Of a DNA stretch of 64,000 nucleotides, positions 48,753-64,000 are shown in pieces; the stretch's first letter is position 1; each line of letters starts with the position of its first letter. Origin of the DNA: the human T2T-CHM13v2.0 reference genome, Homo sapiens. The stretch is from assembly GCF_009914755.1 (NCBI RefSeq), contig NC_060928.1. One strand, given 5' to 3'. The notes beneath the pieces were generated by a model. The model was not told the origin of the DNA, did not search any database, and worked only from the letters and a program-made list of their open reading frames with translations. The translations under genes were made by a program, and so were the position numbers.

Positions 48753-48929
48753 GCAAGCTGAGCCTAATGGCTACAATTTTCTGAAATAATATGTTAATGT
48801 ATTCCATATTTACCTCTTTCACAGCTGCCTGGAGGTAAAAACAAAGCTAGTATAGCAGAATCAAAGTAATGATTTACCGTCTCCCTGGCACACACTATGG
48901 AAATCCCAACCAGCTCCAATTCTTTTCGA

Positions 48930-49027
48930 TTCCTTTGGGGGATGCTCTTTGGGGAGACTCCATGAGGTGTTTGGATTTTCCTTTGGGGGCTGCTCTTCGG
49001 GGAGACTCCATGAGGTGTTTGGATTTT
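48930..49027. repeat. 48-bp tandem duplication
   Basis: ttcctttggggg(a/c)tgctctt(t/c)ggggagactccatgaggtgtttggatt x2. Confidence 0.96.
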
Positions 49028-49099
49028 TCTTCTGGGTCCTTCTTTCTCTTTGTTGTGATTAATTCCATGCAGAGGGCTCTGCTGAGTGGCACTGGCTGA

Positions 49100-49568
<469 letters not shown>

Positions 49569-49815
49569 TGGTTGCACTTTTGTTCTGAACGAGATTGTAA
49601 TAAGCAGCCTTGGGTTTCAGACATTGTTCCGTTGCAGTTCCTTTCCCTAGGTCTTAGGCATGGGCCCATGTCGAATCCTAGGCTTAACTTAATGCGGGCT
49701 CAAACTGGGATTCATGCTGTGCTAATATCAAATATGTGCAAAGCAAAAATGATTGACTTTTTCAGATCTTCTTGACAGTTTGGGAGGGTTTCAGTGTGCT
49801 GTCCCCTTAGAGTTG

Positions 49816-50292
49816 TGTAGGGTAGAAGCAGGAATATCTTTTCTTGCCCATCATTAGGTTCAGGGCTGAGGCACCTATAATAAAAGGCAGATTAGCAAGA
49901 GAAAAGCATACACATTTATTCAATATAAGTTTTATGTGACACAGAAGATTTCAGAATGAAGACCCAAAGAAACAGGAAAATGTATGTTTTTATGTTGAGG
50001 TTTGATGAACAGTGGGCTTCATGCAGAAGTTTGATTGCATAAGAGGTGTGCTCTAATGGCAGCAAACTGGGAAAACTTAGCAAGGCCTGTTTGTTCAGAT
50101 CCTTCTCTGTCCTCAGAGATAGGAACATCACTTTCCTCTGGGTATAGGAGAGTATATCTCTCATGAGAATTCGTTTATGGCCTGCATCAGGGGAGGAGAG
50201 TGGGAGAAGGTCAGAGAGACCTTCTTGTTTCTGCTGTTTCCTCAAATGCTAAAGCTGCCATGTTTCAGGGTAGTGTGTCCTGAACTCCATAA
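49816..50292 (-). mobile_element. ERV1 LTR (MER34/MER4-group-like)
   Basis: gattagcaagagaaaagcata...tttatt and gccatgtttcagggtagtgtgtcctgaact terminus. Confidence 0.7.
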
Positions 50293-50517
50293 CTTGAAAT
50301 GGAGAGGAAAATATTTCCCTCTAGAAAATTAAGCTATAAGATCAACTTGTGAATTGATCATTTCATGACAGGGAGAAAGGAAAATTACTTTTGAGTTTGT
50401 GAGACTCTAACTGCTGTGAGGGTGGTAATACATTAAAAAAACAGTAGCAATTATCAATGAAAAGAGAGATTGGGCAACGTTGGAAGACTAGAAAATGAAA
50501 ATTAAAGAAATAATGGT

Positions 50518-50858
<341 letters not shown>

Positions 50859-52053
50859 TCAACAGACTTCAATTATTTCTATCCTATTAGCAAAGACATT
50901 CCTAATGAAGAAAGATTCCAGAATGTCTGTCTGCACGGACTATTTGACCCCACGGGCAGCAGCATACTATTTGTGAGATTGATGAATCGGATTATCATGC
51001 CTAATGTCATGAAAAATTTAATTCAGGTGCTTCCCCTCTTTCTCATCCATGTACTTTCACATTACAACTCTTGCTACTGCTGCTACTACTATTAATATTT
51101 TTAAATGCTGAAGGCGATAAGCATTCATGTACATTATTTCATTTAACTCACAGATCAATCCTTGGAGGTGAGGACTGTTGTCATAATTATCTGGGTGAAG
51201 AAGCTGAGGTTCAAAAATGTGAGTCCAGATTTGCATGACGATGTGTCTCTGAAAAAATAAGGGAAGATCAATGGGACATGAACTACTCTTATAAAACAAC
51301 TAACTTCTCCTTTAGGGGTTAGGTGAATTATTAGCATTACGCATCCAACACTGTATGTTCACATAAGCCAAATAATTGCTGTATTCCAAAATAAGATTTT
51401 ATTTTCTTTTAATAAAATTGGATTTTTAAGGAATAAGTTTTACTTCTTTTCTTGGATGTTATTTATTGTTTTAATAATGGTAGAAACGTATATAGAGTAT
51501 AAAAAAATCAAAAGTTGATTTACTATGGAAATTGAACTAATGTAGCTAAGATTTATGGTTTTCACCCTCGCAATTCCACATATTTTCCCTTCTTTGGCTT
51601 ATGGCTCCTTTCTGTCTCCACACACTTCATGATTCTTGTGTTGTGGGTTCCTGTACAAGGTTAAAATTGATTTTTTCAGAACTTCCAATACGAATTTATA
51701 AAAGATATAACTCCAAAGGTGGCGTTTCCAGCTGAAGTGCTTAGCTTATATCTGTTAATTTAATATCACGAACTCTTTTCTTGAGCACAATAATTTACTT
51801 CTTAACAGAGGATGTGTGAAGGACAAAAAGAGTGCTAAGTTAAATGGTACCATTGCTGCCGTTGTGTTCTTGAGACATTCATACTATATATGGAATGTCA
51901 TAGCCACTATTGTTAACTCCAAAGTGCACTGATGTGAGGGAAGATCTCTTAACATTTATACTATGGTGGTTGTCCAAAATGTAAGCTTTATTGACTAAGT
52001 TATGTGTCTACAACTTACTAACAATACAGCGTATGATTTTCTCTTGTTTTTAG

Positions 52054-52624
<571 letters not shown>

Positions 52625-55043
52625 AGCATATTGCTTTCTATGTAGGGTAACAATTGTTGCTGTTGTTATAATTACCTAACATGGCTTGGAGATTAAGGTG
52701 ATTTTGGATTTCAATTCCAAAAATATATTTCTAAATTATTATGCAGTATTGTTAAGGAATATTCATAATCAGGCTTTAAATAAATCACTGTCAGCCTCTA
52801 TTACTTCAGTGCGCATATCTGCTTTTAGTCACTTGCAGGTCAACTTGGTATTGCCAGTGCCTAGGACCTGGCGCGTCCTAGGACCTGGCATGATAGGTGC
52901 TGCTAGAATGCCAACTGGGCAGACTTGGGTTCACCTGAGAGCAAGATTATGGATGGTCTGGAATCAAGTATTATGCAGCACCAGCAGTTTTCTTCTTGAA
53001 TATATCTTAGAAAGGACATTTTGAAAGTCTTTCTTGGGAACTCTATAAAGAAAGCTACAGCATTAGTAAGCCCCACATATCTTAGTTCTGGTTTTATTAT
53101 CTGCCGAGAAACTGAACAACATGTTAAAATAAACACTATCATACCATCAGGAGTTTAGAACTTTAAGGCAGGAGTGAGGATCTCATTAGACCCAGTGAGT
53201 TGGTTTCCCTATAGCTATTCTTGTACCAATGAGGAGCCATTGTAAGTAAACCAATTCCTAGTTTCAGGAAATGTTTGTTCCAGAGTAAGATAGTCTTTGC
53301 TCAGTTTTTGCTCAACGAAGTTTTCCTTGAATCTTTTTCTCTTCTCTCCCTTCCTTCAGTAGCTCCTAACCACTTAATGAGTTGAAGACTTCAGTCTGTC
53401 TTGAAATAAGGAAAGTTAGGATAATACTGTGGAATTTAAGTTTTTTTTTCAAGTTGAAAGATTGTTCTTTATTCTGGTATTGTACTGTTTTCACTATTTT
53501 ATGGCTAGAACATCCTTTTCTAAAAAAAAGATCATTGCTAAAATGATTTTTTTCTTTTCAAAATGTTCTTACCTGACCACAAGCTTTAAAGTTTGGCAAC
53601 TGTACATTAATCCCCAAATTTATATTTAAATTCTTATTGGTCTATGAAATTCAAAGTCTGGCAACCATAGCTATAGACAAAACCTATAACTGTCGTCATA
53701 TTTACTTCCAGATTTCCTTGGGAGAGGACATACTTGGCAACAGACACTAGAAATATTTTCAAGGATATGACGGATGATTTTTCACAGCAGATTGGTGCTA
53801 AGTCACCACCTCTCAAGTTTTCACTTAACTGTTATCTTGTATCCAGCATTTACCCCTCCACATGCTAATACATCACGGCTTTAGTACTTTCACATTTACT
53901 CTGAAGATAGTTACCCCTTGGGTCAAACTCCAAGGAAAGAGGCTATCAGATTTGTTTTATCTTGTGGTTCTCATGTCAATGTGTGCTTTACAAATGCTTT
54001 TGCTTGAGCCTGAATATGACTCAAAACTTAAAATAAGTTTTGAACACCTTCTTTCGATTTTTAAGTGATTAACTGAATAAAACCAAGTTGAAGAATTTCA
54101 CCACAAAGTTTACTTCCGAGTTGTGGTTTATGTTGAATTAGGGATTTTTTTTCTCTTTGGTTTTCAGTAGAAGATTACTTGGTAAATCTAACTATCTGCA
54201 GAAAGAGGTGGGGATTTTCCATCTCAGACACTCCATTGTGATGGTGTTAGATCTTTTCTCCACCTAGCTGTTCAGTGCAATGCACAATGAAACAATAACA
54301 TGCATAATTTTGCCAAATGCTAGTGTTGGAAGAGGACTCTTTTTGGTATGTACAAATGAGAATGAATTTATGAAGTCTGAGTAAACAATGTTATTTCCAA
54401 GTATAAAATGTTATTCCTAACTATAACAGGCAGAAGGGAGTTATCTAATCTCAATTTTCACATAGATATTAAAAGCACTAACAGATTATTTTGTTTATAC
54501 ATCACTGTGCCTTATACATAGAAGGCACAAAATAATATCTTTGAATGACTGAATGAATTCTGTTTCTATCAATCTCATTTACCAATGAAAACCCTATACA
54601 GAGTTGTATTATTTAAAATGATACATTATTTTCTGTCATTTCTGTATTTTCTATACATATAATTTGCCATATGCTTAAAAGTCCATAGAGAAACAAATAA
54701 AACATGATATGTTATCCATATTTCAAACAATTTTGAAGTTACTTTATTGTCAGAGTTAAATAATATTAGTTTGATATTCATCTTAATTTTTTTCTGTAAT
54801 TAACATTTAAAAGGCAGCTGTATGAATAGTACATTTTGAAGTAAACTTATAATAATACGATGTAGTCCTGGATTCAAGCAAAATTTTCTCTTTCAATTTT
54901 CTTTTCTATCCACAGTTTAGGACAGAAATGTCTTTAGGGTCAGTGTCTGGAGTTACCACAAATCAAAAAGCAACATATTGAGTTAATTCTTAAAATCAGA
55001 GGTAGAATATCATTCTGGAGTTATAGAATTAAAGAAGATCTGA

Positions 55044-55382
<339 letters not shown>

Positions 55383-55563
55383 GGTTGTTGGACTATCATA
55401 TCTTTAGCATTTCTTCAGTTTCATGTTCTCAGCTATAAGAAAGGCGTTTTTGAACATTAGATAAAAGGATAGTAAAAAGGAGTGAAATGTTCATTCAAAA
55501 ATATGAACATCATTTAACAGCTTTTGGACAACTTGTTGGATGAAGTATTTTGCATCTCACTAA

Positions 55564-55941
<378 letters not shown>

Positions 55942-56596
55942 TGCTTCCATTTTTTATGGGACCTATAGGGCTTTATCCTTTATACTTTGAGTGCAGTGGC
56001 CTGTGCATATTAGTTATCTTCTCTCCCAAAGCACAAGTACTTTGCCACACCTTGTTCAGTTTTGTATCCTATGACAGTGCCTGACATAGTATCTTACACA
56101 GAATGCCAAATAGTTTTATTAAATAATTGATCAGACCATTACAGAAGGTATTTGCCAGGGATTTACTAAACTATAACATTGAATTATTCAGTTATTCATT
56201 CAATAAACACTTGTTGAAGGTTTGCTGTGTACCCCACACTAGACTGGGGCTAGAGGTATCAAGGTAAATACCGTTGTGGAATTAAGGAACTCCTGAAATA
56301 GTAGGCTGACATCTAACCAATGATTTTCCATATAACGTGATACATCAGCAGCATAGGATATGATAGTGTGTGGATCACAGTAAAGATTTTCTAGACAAGA
56401 GGATGTAGTTTCTGAGCTAGGTATTAAGGCATTAGCATGTGTTTATAAGGCAAAGCCTCTCTGCAGAGGTAAGAACCAGCAAGGCATGCTGGGAGTGGGG
56501 GTGGTGGGAGAGAGGCTAGAAGCAGCCAGGAGGGTCCAGAGGGAAGTTGGTGAGGGCAGAGACTGAATGACTACGGGCAGAGGTACAATTGTAATT

Positions 56597-56990
56597 TGTT
56601 GGAAACAAGTGCTCGGTGTAGCCAAAAGAAATCCTCACTTTGACAGAAAATTCCTCCTCAGCAAGGCACCTTTACTTCTGCAGAAGGGTGTTGCCTGCAC
56701 CTGTTACAATTGCAAGAGCACACCGAACAAAGGAAGGAAGGGATTTTTAACCCTAACACAGTTCCTGTTTCTGTGTCCTTCCCCTATTGGCTGGGGTTGG
56801 ACAGCACAATCTAAGCTGATCCCAATTGACTTAAGTTTAAATTTTCCCAATAGGGTAAACTTGGGTTTTAAAGGGGGGTGGGGGGAAGACAAAGAAGAAA
56901 CGGTTAGGCTTAACAGGAGAGGGGGTAGGATTGTTTACAACTTAGGACCAGGAAGTTGAGTCTTTGAAGAGGAACTCTGTTGTCCCAACA
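56597..56990. mobile_element. ERV solo LTR (family not assigned) inside L2
   Basis: Inverted termini tgttgg...ccaaca. Interrupts an L2-like tract at ~56190-57170. Confidence 0.7.
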
Positions 56991-58179
56991 GAGTGATGGA
57001 AGCCAATGACAGGTTTTAAACAGGAAGAGTATCACCCCTCCAGCAGCGCCATGGATGATGGTTTAGGGTTGAGAGATTCCAGAGGTGGGAAGACCTACTT
57101 GGGCAGACGCTTCAAAAGTTCAGGCTAGAGCTAAGGGAGATCTGGGCCCCCGTGGATGTTGGAGGTGACCAAAGGAAGCAGATGGTCACTCACCTGCTTG
57201 TTGTCCTGACACAGAAGACTGTAGCTTTACATTTGTATTAACTTGGATGGATTCTTTCTAGAAAAACATTTAGACCTTAAACCATGAAAATTATGGCCAA
57301 GAGGATTAATAGAGAAGTCCAAAAGTTATGTTCACAAGAGGGAAAAAAATGGGAAAAAGAAGGCATGATAACTATATCCTTGTTAATTAAGTTTTGGAGC
57401 ATGGTAAAAAGCCTTCCTTACTGTTTTGCATATGTCAAATCTGTCATAATACATTTTTTCTGAAATAATGAAAATATCTTTCTCTTTAGTTGACTTTATT
57501 GGACACGAGCTGAATTATCAATGTCAACATTTTTGTTCTTGGTGTGTGTGTTTGTTCATGACAGATTCATTTCACCTTGTGACTATAAGAAAGAACATTC
57601 GCAGAAAACTTTCTCAGGGGAGGCAGGGTGAGCTTGCATAGTAGGTAAGTTTTAACAAGCAGCCTACAAGAGGAGTGGGGATAATAGTTTATTAGATTTG
57701 AAAATAGAATGCAAGTGTATGAAGTGGAGCACAGAGTTGTGTGTGTTCTCTGTGGTGGTTTCGGCATAAACCCCGGGCAGAGACACTCTTCCCTTCCCGG
57801 GGAAGAAATGGAGAAGAAAGACGTGGAGCTTGGTCCACTGGAACTCAAGCGAACCTGCCCTTCACACAGAAGACCCAGAGAAAGTGTTATTTGAATAAAA
57901 TTTATGTAGGATTGTGTAAAGGATTTTAAGTTTTAAAGACAAAATACAAAGTCATACTGGAAGTGAACAAATAACCATCGATCCTACACTTCTCAAACTT
58001 TATTAAATGAAACTGCTTAGTTTTCTAAAAAAAAAATCTATTGATTACTGCTAATCAGACTGAATTTTTTTCTTTAAGCTAATACTGGAATTCTATATTT
58101 AAATAAATTACTTATAGCTATTACTTTTATTACCAATAATTGGCAAAAATAATAATAAAGAAACATATCCCATATATAT

Positions 58180-58980
58180 ATTAACTCTTTATTATGGAAA
58201 TTTAAGATATATACAAAAGTGGATACAGCATAATAAACCTTAAAGTGCCCATCCTCCAGTGTCAACATTTATTATTTCATTACAATCTAGTTTCATTTTA
58301 CCCCCCCTTACTCCTTCCCTTATTATTTTTTATTTTAGTATTTAAATTATTATTATTTTGAAGTAAATCCTAAGCATCCATTATCATTTCATCCTCAAAA
58401 TTTTAGCTGTGTCCCTAAAGATGAAAATTCTTAAAAAAAAAAAAAAACTCAACACAACCACAACAATATCTTTATGCTAACAACAATACTTTTATGGCAT
58501 TTAAAGATTAACAATAATTTTTTCATTGTATACCTAGCCAAGCCTCACATTTCTAATTCTCTTAAACGTCATGAATATATTTTTGTTTGTTTGAGTCTAG
58601 ACCCAAATAAGGTATACACACTGTAAGTGCCTGCTTTCTTCGTCTTTATTAATCTATAGATTCTACTTTACTTCCCTTTTTCCCCTTGAAATTTACTTGG
58701 TTAGGAAACTGGATGGTTACCCTGTAAAGTTTCCACCAATCTGGAGACAGGGAGTTGCAGTCCCATCAAGCCATTTACCTTGTTCCTTTGCCGTCTGTAT
58801 TTTCTGAAAATTGTATATAGGGATAAGATCAAATCCAAGTTCATTTTTTTTTGGCAAGATTTCTTCCTAGGTGAACGTGTGTTCTTTAATTAGGAAACCT
58901 AATTAAACACAACCTCTGGTGTGCTGTCTTGCTATAGAGTTAATGCGGTTGCTGCACAATGCTTAGATCTTCTTGTACAT
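58180..58980 (-). mobile_element. Old L1M (MC/ME) 3' region
   Basis: tttattatggaaatttaagatatatacaaaagt and attttgaagtaaatcctaagcat. Confidence 0.72.
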
Positions 58981-59828
58981 ATTATGATTTTAAAGGTTTT
59001 GATGTAAAAACTATTCAAGTGGATAATCTCAACAACCAAAATTTGTTCAGAAGGAATAGGTGTTACCTGAGATTAAAAACAACAAAAACACTTTTTAAAA
59101 AACCGTGAACGCAAATAATTCCTAATGACCACATCAAAGGCTCATATCATTTATCCAGATAATATGCCAAGAATCTGCAAGCACCTTGACAAGGAAACTT
59201 CTTTATGTGTAATATAAATCACGAATTGCTACCTTATTTAAAAACTGGATGATGATAACAGCTCTGTGACTCCATAAATTTGAGTTTCTAATATTATGCA
59301 GAAGAACATAAAACCTGTTTATGCATTATAATGCAGCAATAATGTATCTTCGCAATCATTGGCATAACTAAATCCACTAACTTGCCTGTAGCATGCATAA
59401 TGACAAGTTTGCAAAATGCTCAGAATTTTAAATTTTGATTCACCTGCAGTTCAAATCCCTGCAGCAATTAAAGAAAAAACACACATATCAAAGCAACAAA
59501 TACTTCTAACGGAGCAAGATACCGTTTTCAGGGAGAGTGTTTTCATGTGCCCTTTGAGGCTCTAGCAAAACCAGAGTCAAATAGGTAGATATACCTTCAT
59601 TAATCATTTTGATCAGGACTTGTTTTGATATAAAGAAGATGTGGAGGTAAAACATTTTGATCAGGACTTATATTAAAATATAATCCACATCTTCTTTAAA
59701 ATAAAGACTCACAGAAATTCAACAAAACACATGTTTAGTTTAAGCTGCCCAATGGGTTTTTTTCCATGCTTTTGGCTACTTTTGTGGATGCAAAATATGA
59801 AGTGAAGAAATGAGACATTTATCAGAAT

Positions 59829-60038
59829 CAGGAATTGGCAAACTTTCTGTAAAAGTCTAGAAAGTAAACATTTGAAGAGGCAATTTGGTCTGTCAAAGCT
59901 ACTCAACTGTGCTATTGTATCAGGACGGCAGCCTTAGACAATATGCAAATGAATGAGCAAGGATGTGTTCCAATAAAACTTTATTAAAACAGACAGTGGG
60001 CCAGTTGCAGCCTGTGAGTCACAGTTTGCCGACCCCCA
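59829..60038 (+). mobile_element. MER58A (hAT-Charlie)
   Basis: caggaattggcaaactttctgtaaa...tgttccaataaaactttatt...gtttgccgacccc. Confidence 0.88.
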
Positions 60039-60709
60039 ATCCGGTTAATTTAAGACAAATCTTATCGTCTGTTGGAGAAAGTATTTTTTTTTCTCTAAAT
60101 AATTGAGGTTGGCAGCCCCTATTAGTTAAGTTCAACTGAAGGTAGCTTAATTCTCCACTTGATTTGGTATGTGTAGACACAGGTTTTGTTATATTTTTAA
60201 AGCAAGACCTTTGAGAAGGCCAACCACCTGCCTTAGTTTATTAGAATTAATGAGGGATAAGAATGTATTGTCCTATGTAAAACAGAAGAAATCTTCCAGA
60301 AGAGGCTTAGTACTTGCAGGGAGCCTCGTACATTTTCACTTGGTTTTATAAAGGAGCCACTTCAAAGTTGGAGACACCAGAGAAAAGAGAGTAAGAAGAA
60401 AAGAATTTGTCAAGGCTAGAAATCAATCATTAACTGTGACATTAAACATGAACTTTGTATTCTTGTCGCTTCAAACAACAACAACAGCAAAATCTCACAA
60501 TGCATTTGAAGTTGACAACTCACTCTGAAGAAGTTGTATAAATTTTTCCATTGTCTGAAATTAAAAATAAATGTCAATATATCTTACACTTGTTTACAAT
60601 GAACTTTTCTTATAACACTGGTTATTCAGTTGTATAAAATAATTATGTCTTACAAAGATAATTCCACAATCTCAAGGATTTAAAAATACATTTTAAGATA
60701 TAACATTTA

Positions 60710-61060
<351 letters not shown>

Positions 61061-63222
61061 TTATGTATCTAAAATTTGTATTAAATTTTTCAAGGTTAGT
61101 TTTTGTCATTCCATGAATCAGGCAGAATCTAAATCAAGGCCACTTTTTATTGCATTTTTAAGTTTGTAGGGAAATATAATCCAAACTCAGTAGTGGATGT
61201 ACTAGGATAATACATTGTAAGTTGTGATCAGTTGTGACTAATTGAAACTGAGAGATTTATATGGAACTGCACTTATTAGGGCAAAGCTATTGTTTTCTTT
61301 GCCAGGTAGCAAAAATATGTTTTTTAAGCTTACACTTGTTTCCAAAGGACATTTTCTGGAAAGTTGTCCACATTGTTTTTCTAATGTTGCAAAGACAGTT
61401 TGCAAACATTCAACAAATTACCTAACTCTTGCAGTTTGCATTTTCCCCATTTCTATGAAGTATCAAGTGTTGAAAATTCCTCTACAGTCCATAGGCATTT
61501 TGTTCTGGCTCCAAAGAAAATTATACTTTTGAAACATAAGGAAAGATTTTACAATGTGTATCTTTTCTTTCAAATGAGGCTTGACTTTTAAGCTTGACGT
61601 TTGAAAACTTGAAGATGGACGACATTGATAAATGATACTTTCATATACAGAAGGAAGAAAAGGAATTGGAGAACAAGCTTATAACTGCAGTTTGTAAAAT
61701 CTGCTAATAAGCCTGCTAATGGGAGACAGATTAAGGAATGTATTTTGCCACAGACTTATCCCTATAGCAGCTACAGCAAAGAACTATGATTTGGGCTTTC
61801 AGTTCCTAAGCTACAGTTTTTGTAATGGAAAAAACAAGCGACACAGGTTACTGAGTGATGGACAACGGTGTGTTTGTTAATTGTGTTTACGTATTCACAG
61901 AGATGTTCTTTACACTACTTCAGCACAAAACTGCATTTGGATGTAAAACAGCATTTTCATTTAATGATGAAACTGTAAATACGTAACATGGCCCCAGCAC
62001 TTTCTCTTGCTTGTGTGCTTGTGATCTCATCACAGCCATGCTTGTTTTGAGGGAATTTCTGGCTGCCTTTGCTCATTTGTACGGTCTTAGATCTGATGAC
62101 CTTTACATTTATGACCTAGTAAATTATCTTCCTCAGCTTTGGAACAAAAAGAGATGGGCCAGTAGTTTTAATCACAAAGGAACCTGGCAATGACCCTGCT
62201 AATAGAATACAGATTCTACAATACGTGCTGCAGCTAGTCACCCTTACATTTACTTACATGTTGTTTTACCTTAAAATATTACCGACCTAAGAAATATGAC
62301 TTTTAAAGCAGTGTAATGAAAAACAGCTCATATACACATTAAGTCTGAGAATATTCTCATGCATCTTTTTTTGTGGAAGCATGTCTATTAATATTTTTAA
62401 TTAAAGATACAGTGCAGCTTTTTCAAATGCATTAAGTGTTTTATGAAAAAACAAGCACGTGGTAGTATTTATGGGAAAGCTACCACTCATGTTTTTTCGG
62501 AATGAATGTTTTAGTAGAATATGTATATGACTGTCTAAATATATGTGTATACATACACACACATATGTATATATAAATAATCTTTGAAAATTGCTGAAGT
62601 GTGTGAGCATTTCAGGTTTAACTATATTGTTCACCTGAAATAAGTGAATACATGTAAGTGCTGACCCCGTAAAGAGTTAGATATCCCTGATAGGAGGAAT
62701 TTCTGACATAGTGTCAACAAGTTCTTGCAGATCCAGATCAAGCCAGCTGCAACTGGGGTAACAGAATCCTTTCACGGTGTTACGAATGGATGATTTTCAG
62801 TTAGAGGCTATTAGTTGAGGATTACAGTGCCAGGCAAAATGATGAAGTTCAAGTACTTTGGAGAAAAATTCATCTCTGTGTTGCCATTTACCTTCTAGAC
62901 ATTCTGAAACAAATTTGGCCATGAGCTAGAATTTCCTGTAAAATTTTAACAGTTTTAAAGGAGTGTCTTACTGCACAACAAGGAATGCCTTGGCATGAGA
63001 AAACATTTTTGGAAAAGGAAGAATCATGGGAGATTTTTATCAAATAATGAAGAACTAGAAGGGAGGCGGGACATTGTGGTTTGAAAAAATGGCTGGCTTT
63101 GGTAGATTAAAACCTCTGATGTTGCCTTTGGAAAGTTGTTCCAGATGAAATTTTTCCACAGAATACTTAGGTAATAAGTCAATTCTCTGGGTAATTAGGC
63201 TGTGTCTACATACTTACATATA

Positions 63223-64000
63223 CAGTCAGGCATCACCTAACAGCAGAGATACGTTCTGAGAAATGCAGCACCAAGCAATTTTGCCGTTGTGTGGACAGCA
63301 TAGAGTGCACTTATACAGACCTAGACGGCACAGCCTCCTCCACACCTGGGCCATATGGTACAGCCTGTTGCTCCTAGACTATACACCTGCACAGCAGGTG
63401 ACTCTACACTCTAGGCAATTGTAATACAACGGTTTGTATTTGTATATCTAAACGTAGAAAAGATACCGTAAAAATACAGTATAAAAGAAAAAGTTGTACA
63501 TCTGTATGGGGAGCTTACCACGAGTGGAGCTTGCAGGACTGGAAGTGGCTCTGGGTGAGTCAGTGCGTGGGTGGTGTGTGGAGGTGAAGGCCTCAGACAT
63601 GACTACGCACCACTGTGGACTTTATGAATGCTGTACACTTAGGCTGCACTAAATTATAAAACAGTTTCTTTCTTCAATAATAAATTAACCTTAGTTTACT
63701 GCAGCTTGTTAAACTTGATATACTTTTATTTTTAAAAAACCTTTTGATAACACTTAAAACGCTTTTAAGAACACTTAGCTTAAAACACAAATATACTGTA
63801 CAGCTGTACAAAAGTATTTTTTCTTTATATCCTTATTTGATAAGCTTTTGACTGTTTAAAATTTTCTATTTTTATTTTTACTTTTTAAATTATTTGTTTA
63901 AAAACTAAGACACAAACACACACATTAGCCTAGGCCTGCATGGGGTCAGGATCATGAATATCACTGCCTTCCACCTCCAGATCTTGTCCCACTGGGAGGG
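63223..64000 (+). mobile_element. Tigger3 (MER7/Golem) DNA transposon, running off the window
   Basis: TA followed by cagtca...gatacgttctgagaaatgc...atagagtgcacttatacagacctaga. Confidence 0.9.

Noticed and set aside
52860-52890. cctaggacctggc x2
   Set aside because: Short duplication within a degenerate L2 3' end. Unremarkable.
57040-57062. REST/RE1-like cagcgccatgga
   Set aside because: Only the left half matches, and it lies in L2-like sequence.

Overview
Primate (human-like) non-coding genomic DNA, either intergenic or deep intronic. I find no supportable host protein-coding exon, RNA gene or CRISPR array. The ORFs in the track are Alu/L1/LTR read-throughs or chance ORFs, and the only recognisable coding remnants are a disrupted L1 ORF2 and a Charlie transposase fragment. 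The window holds about 27 Alu/FLAM copies (about 19 minus, 8 plus), L1PA/L1M fragments, MaLR and ERV LTRs, hAT and Tigger DNA transposons, L2 and MIR. Family names come from recognising consensus sequence by eye, not from a RepeatMasker run. The most notable signals are: (1) a ~114-bp segment copied 2.5 kb away into a duplicated target, plus two smaller inverted templated-insertion scars; (2) a CpG-retaining THE1 LTR next to a promoter-like CpG patch at ~13.7-14.4 kb; (3) a 26-bp VNTR that multiplies the TATA region of an LTR47-like element; (4) a four-element transposon nest at 22.6-27 kb. I do not see evidence for a new multi-gene system.
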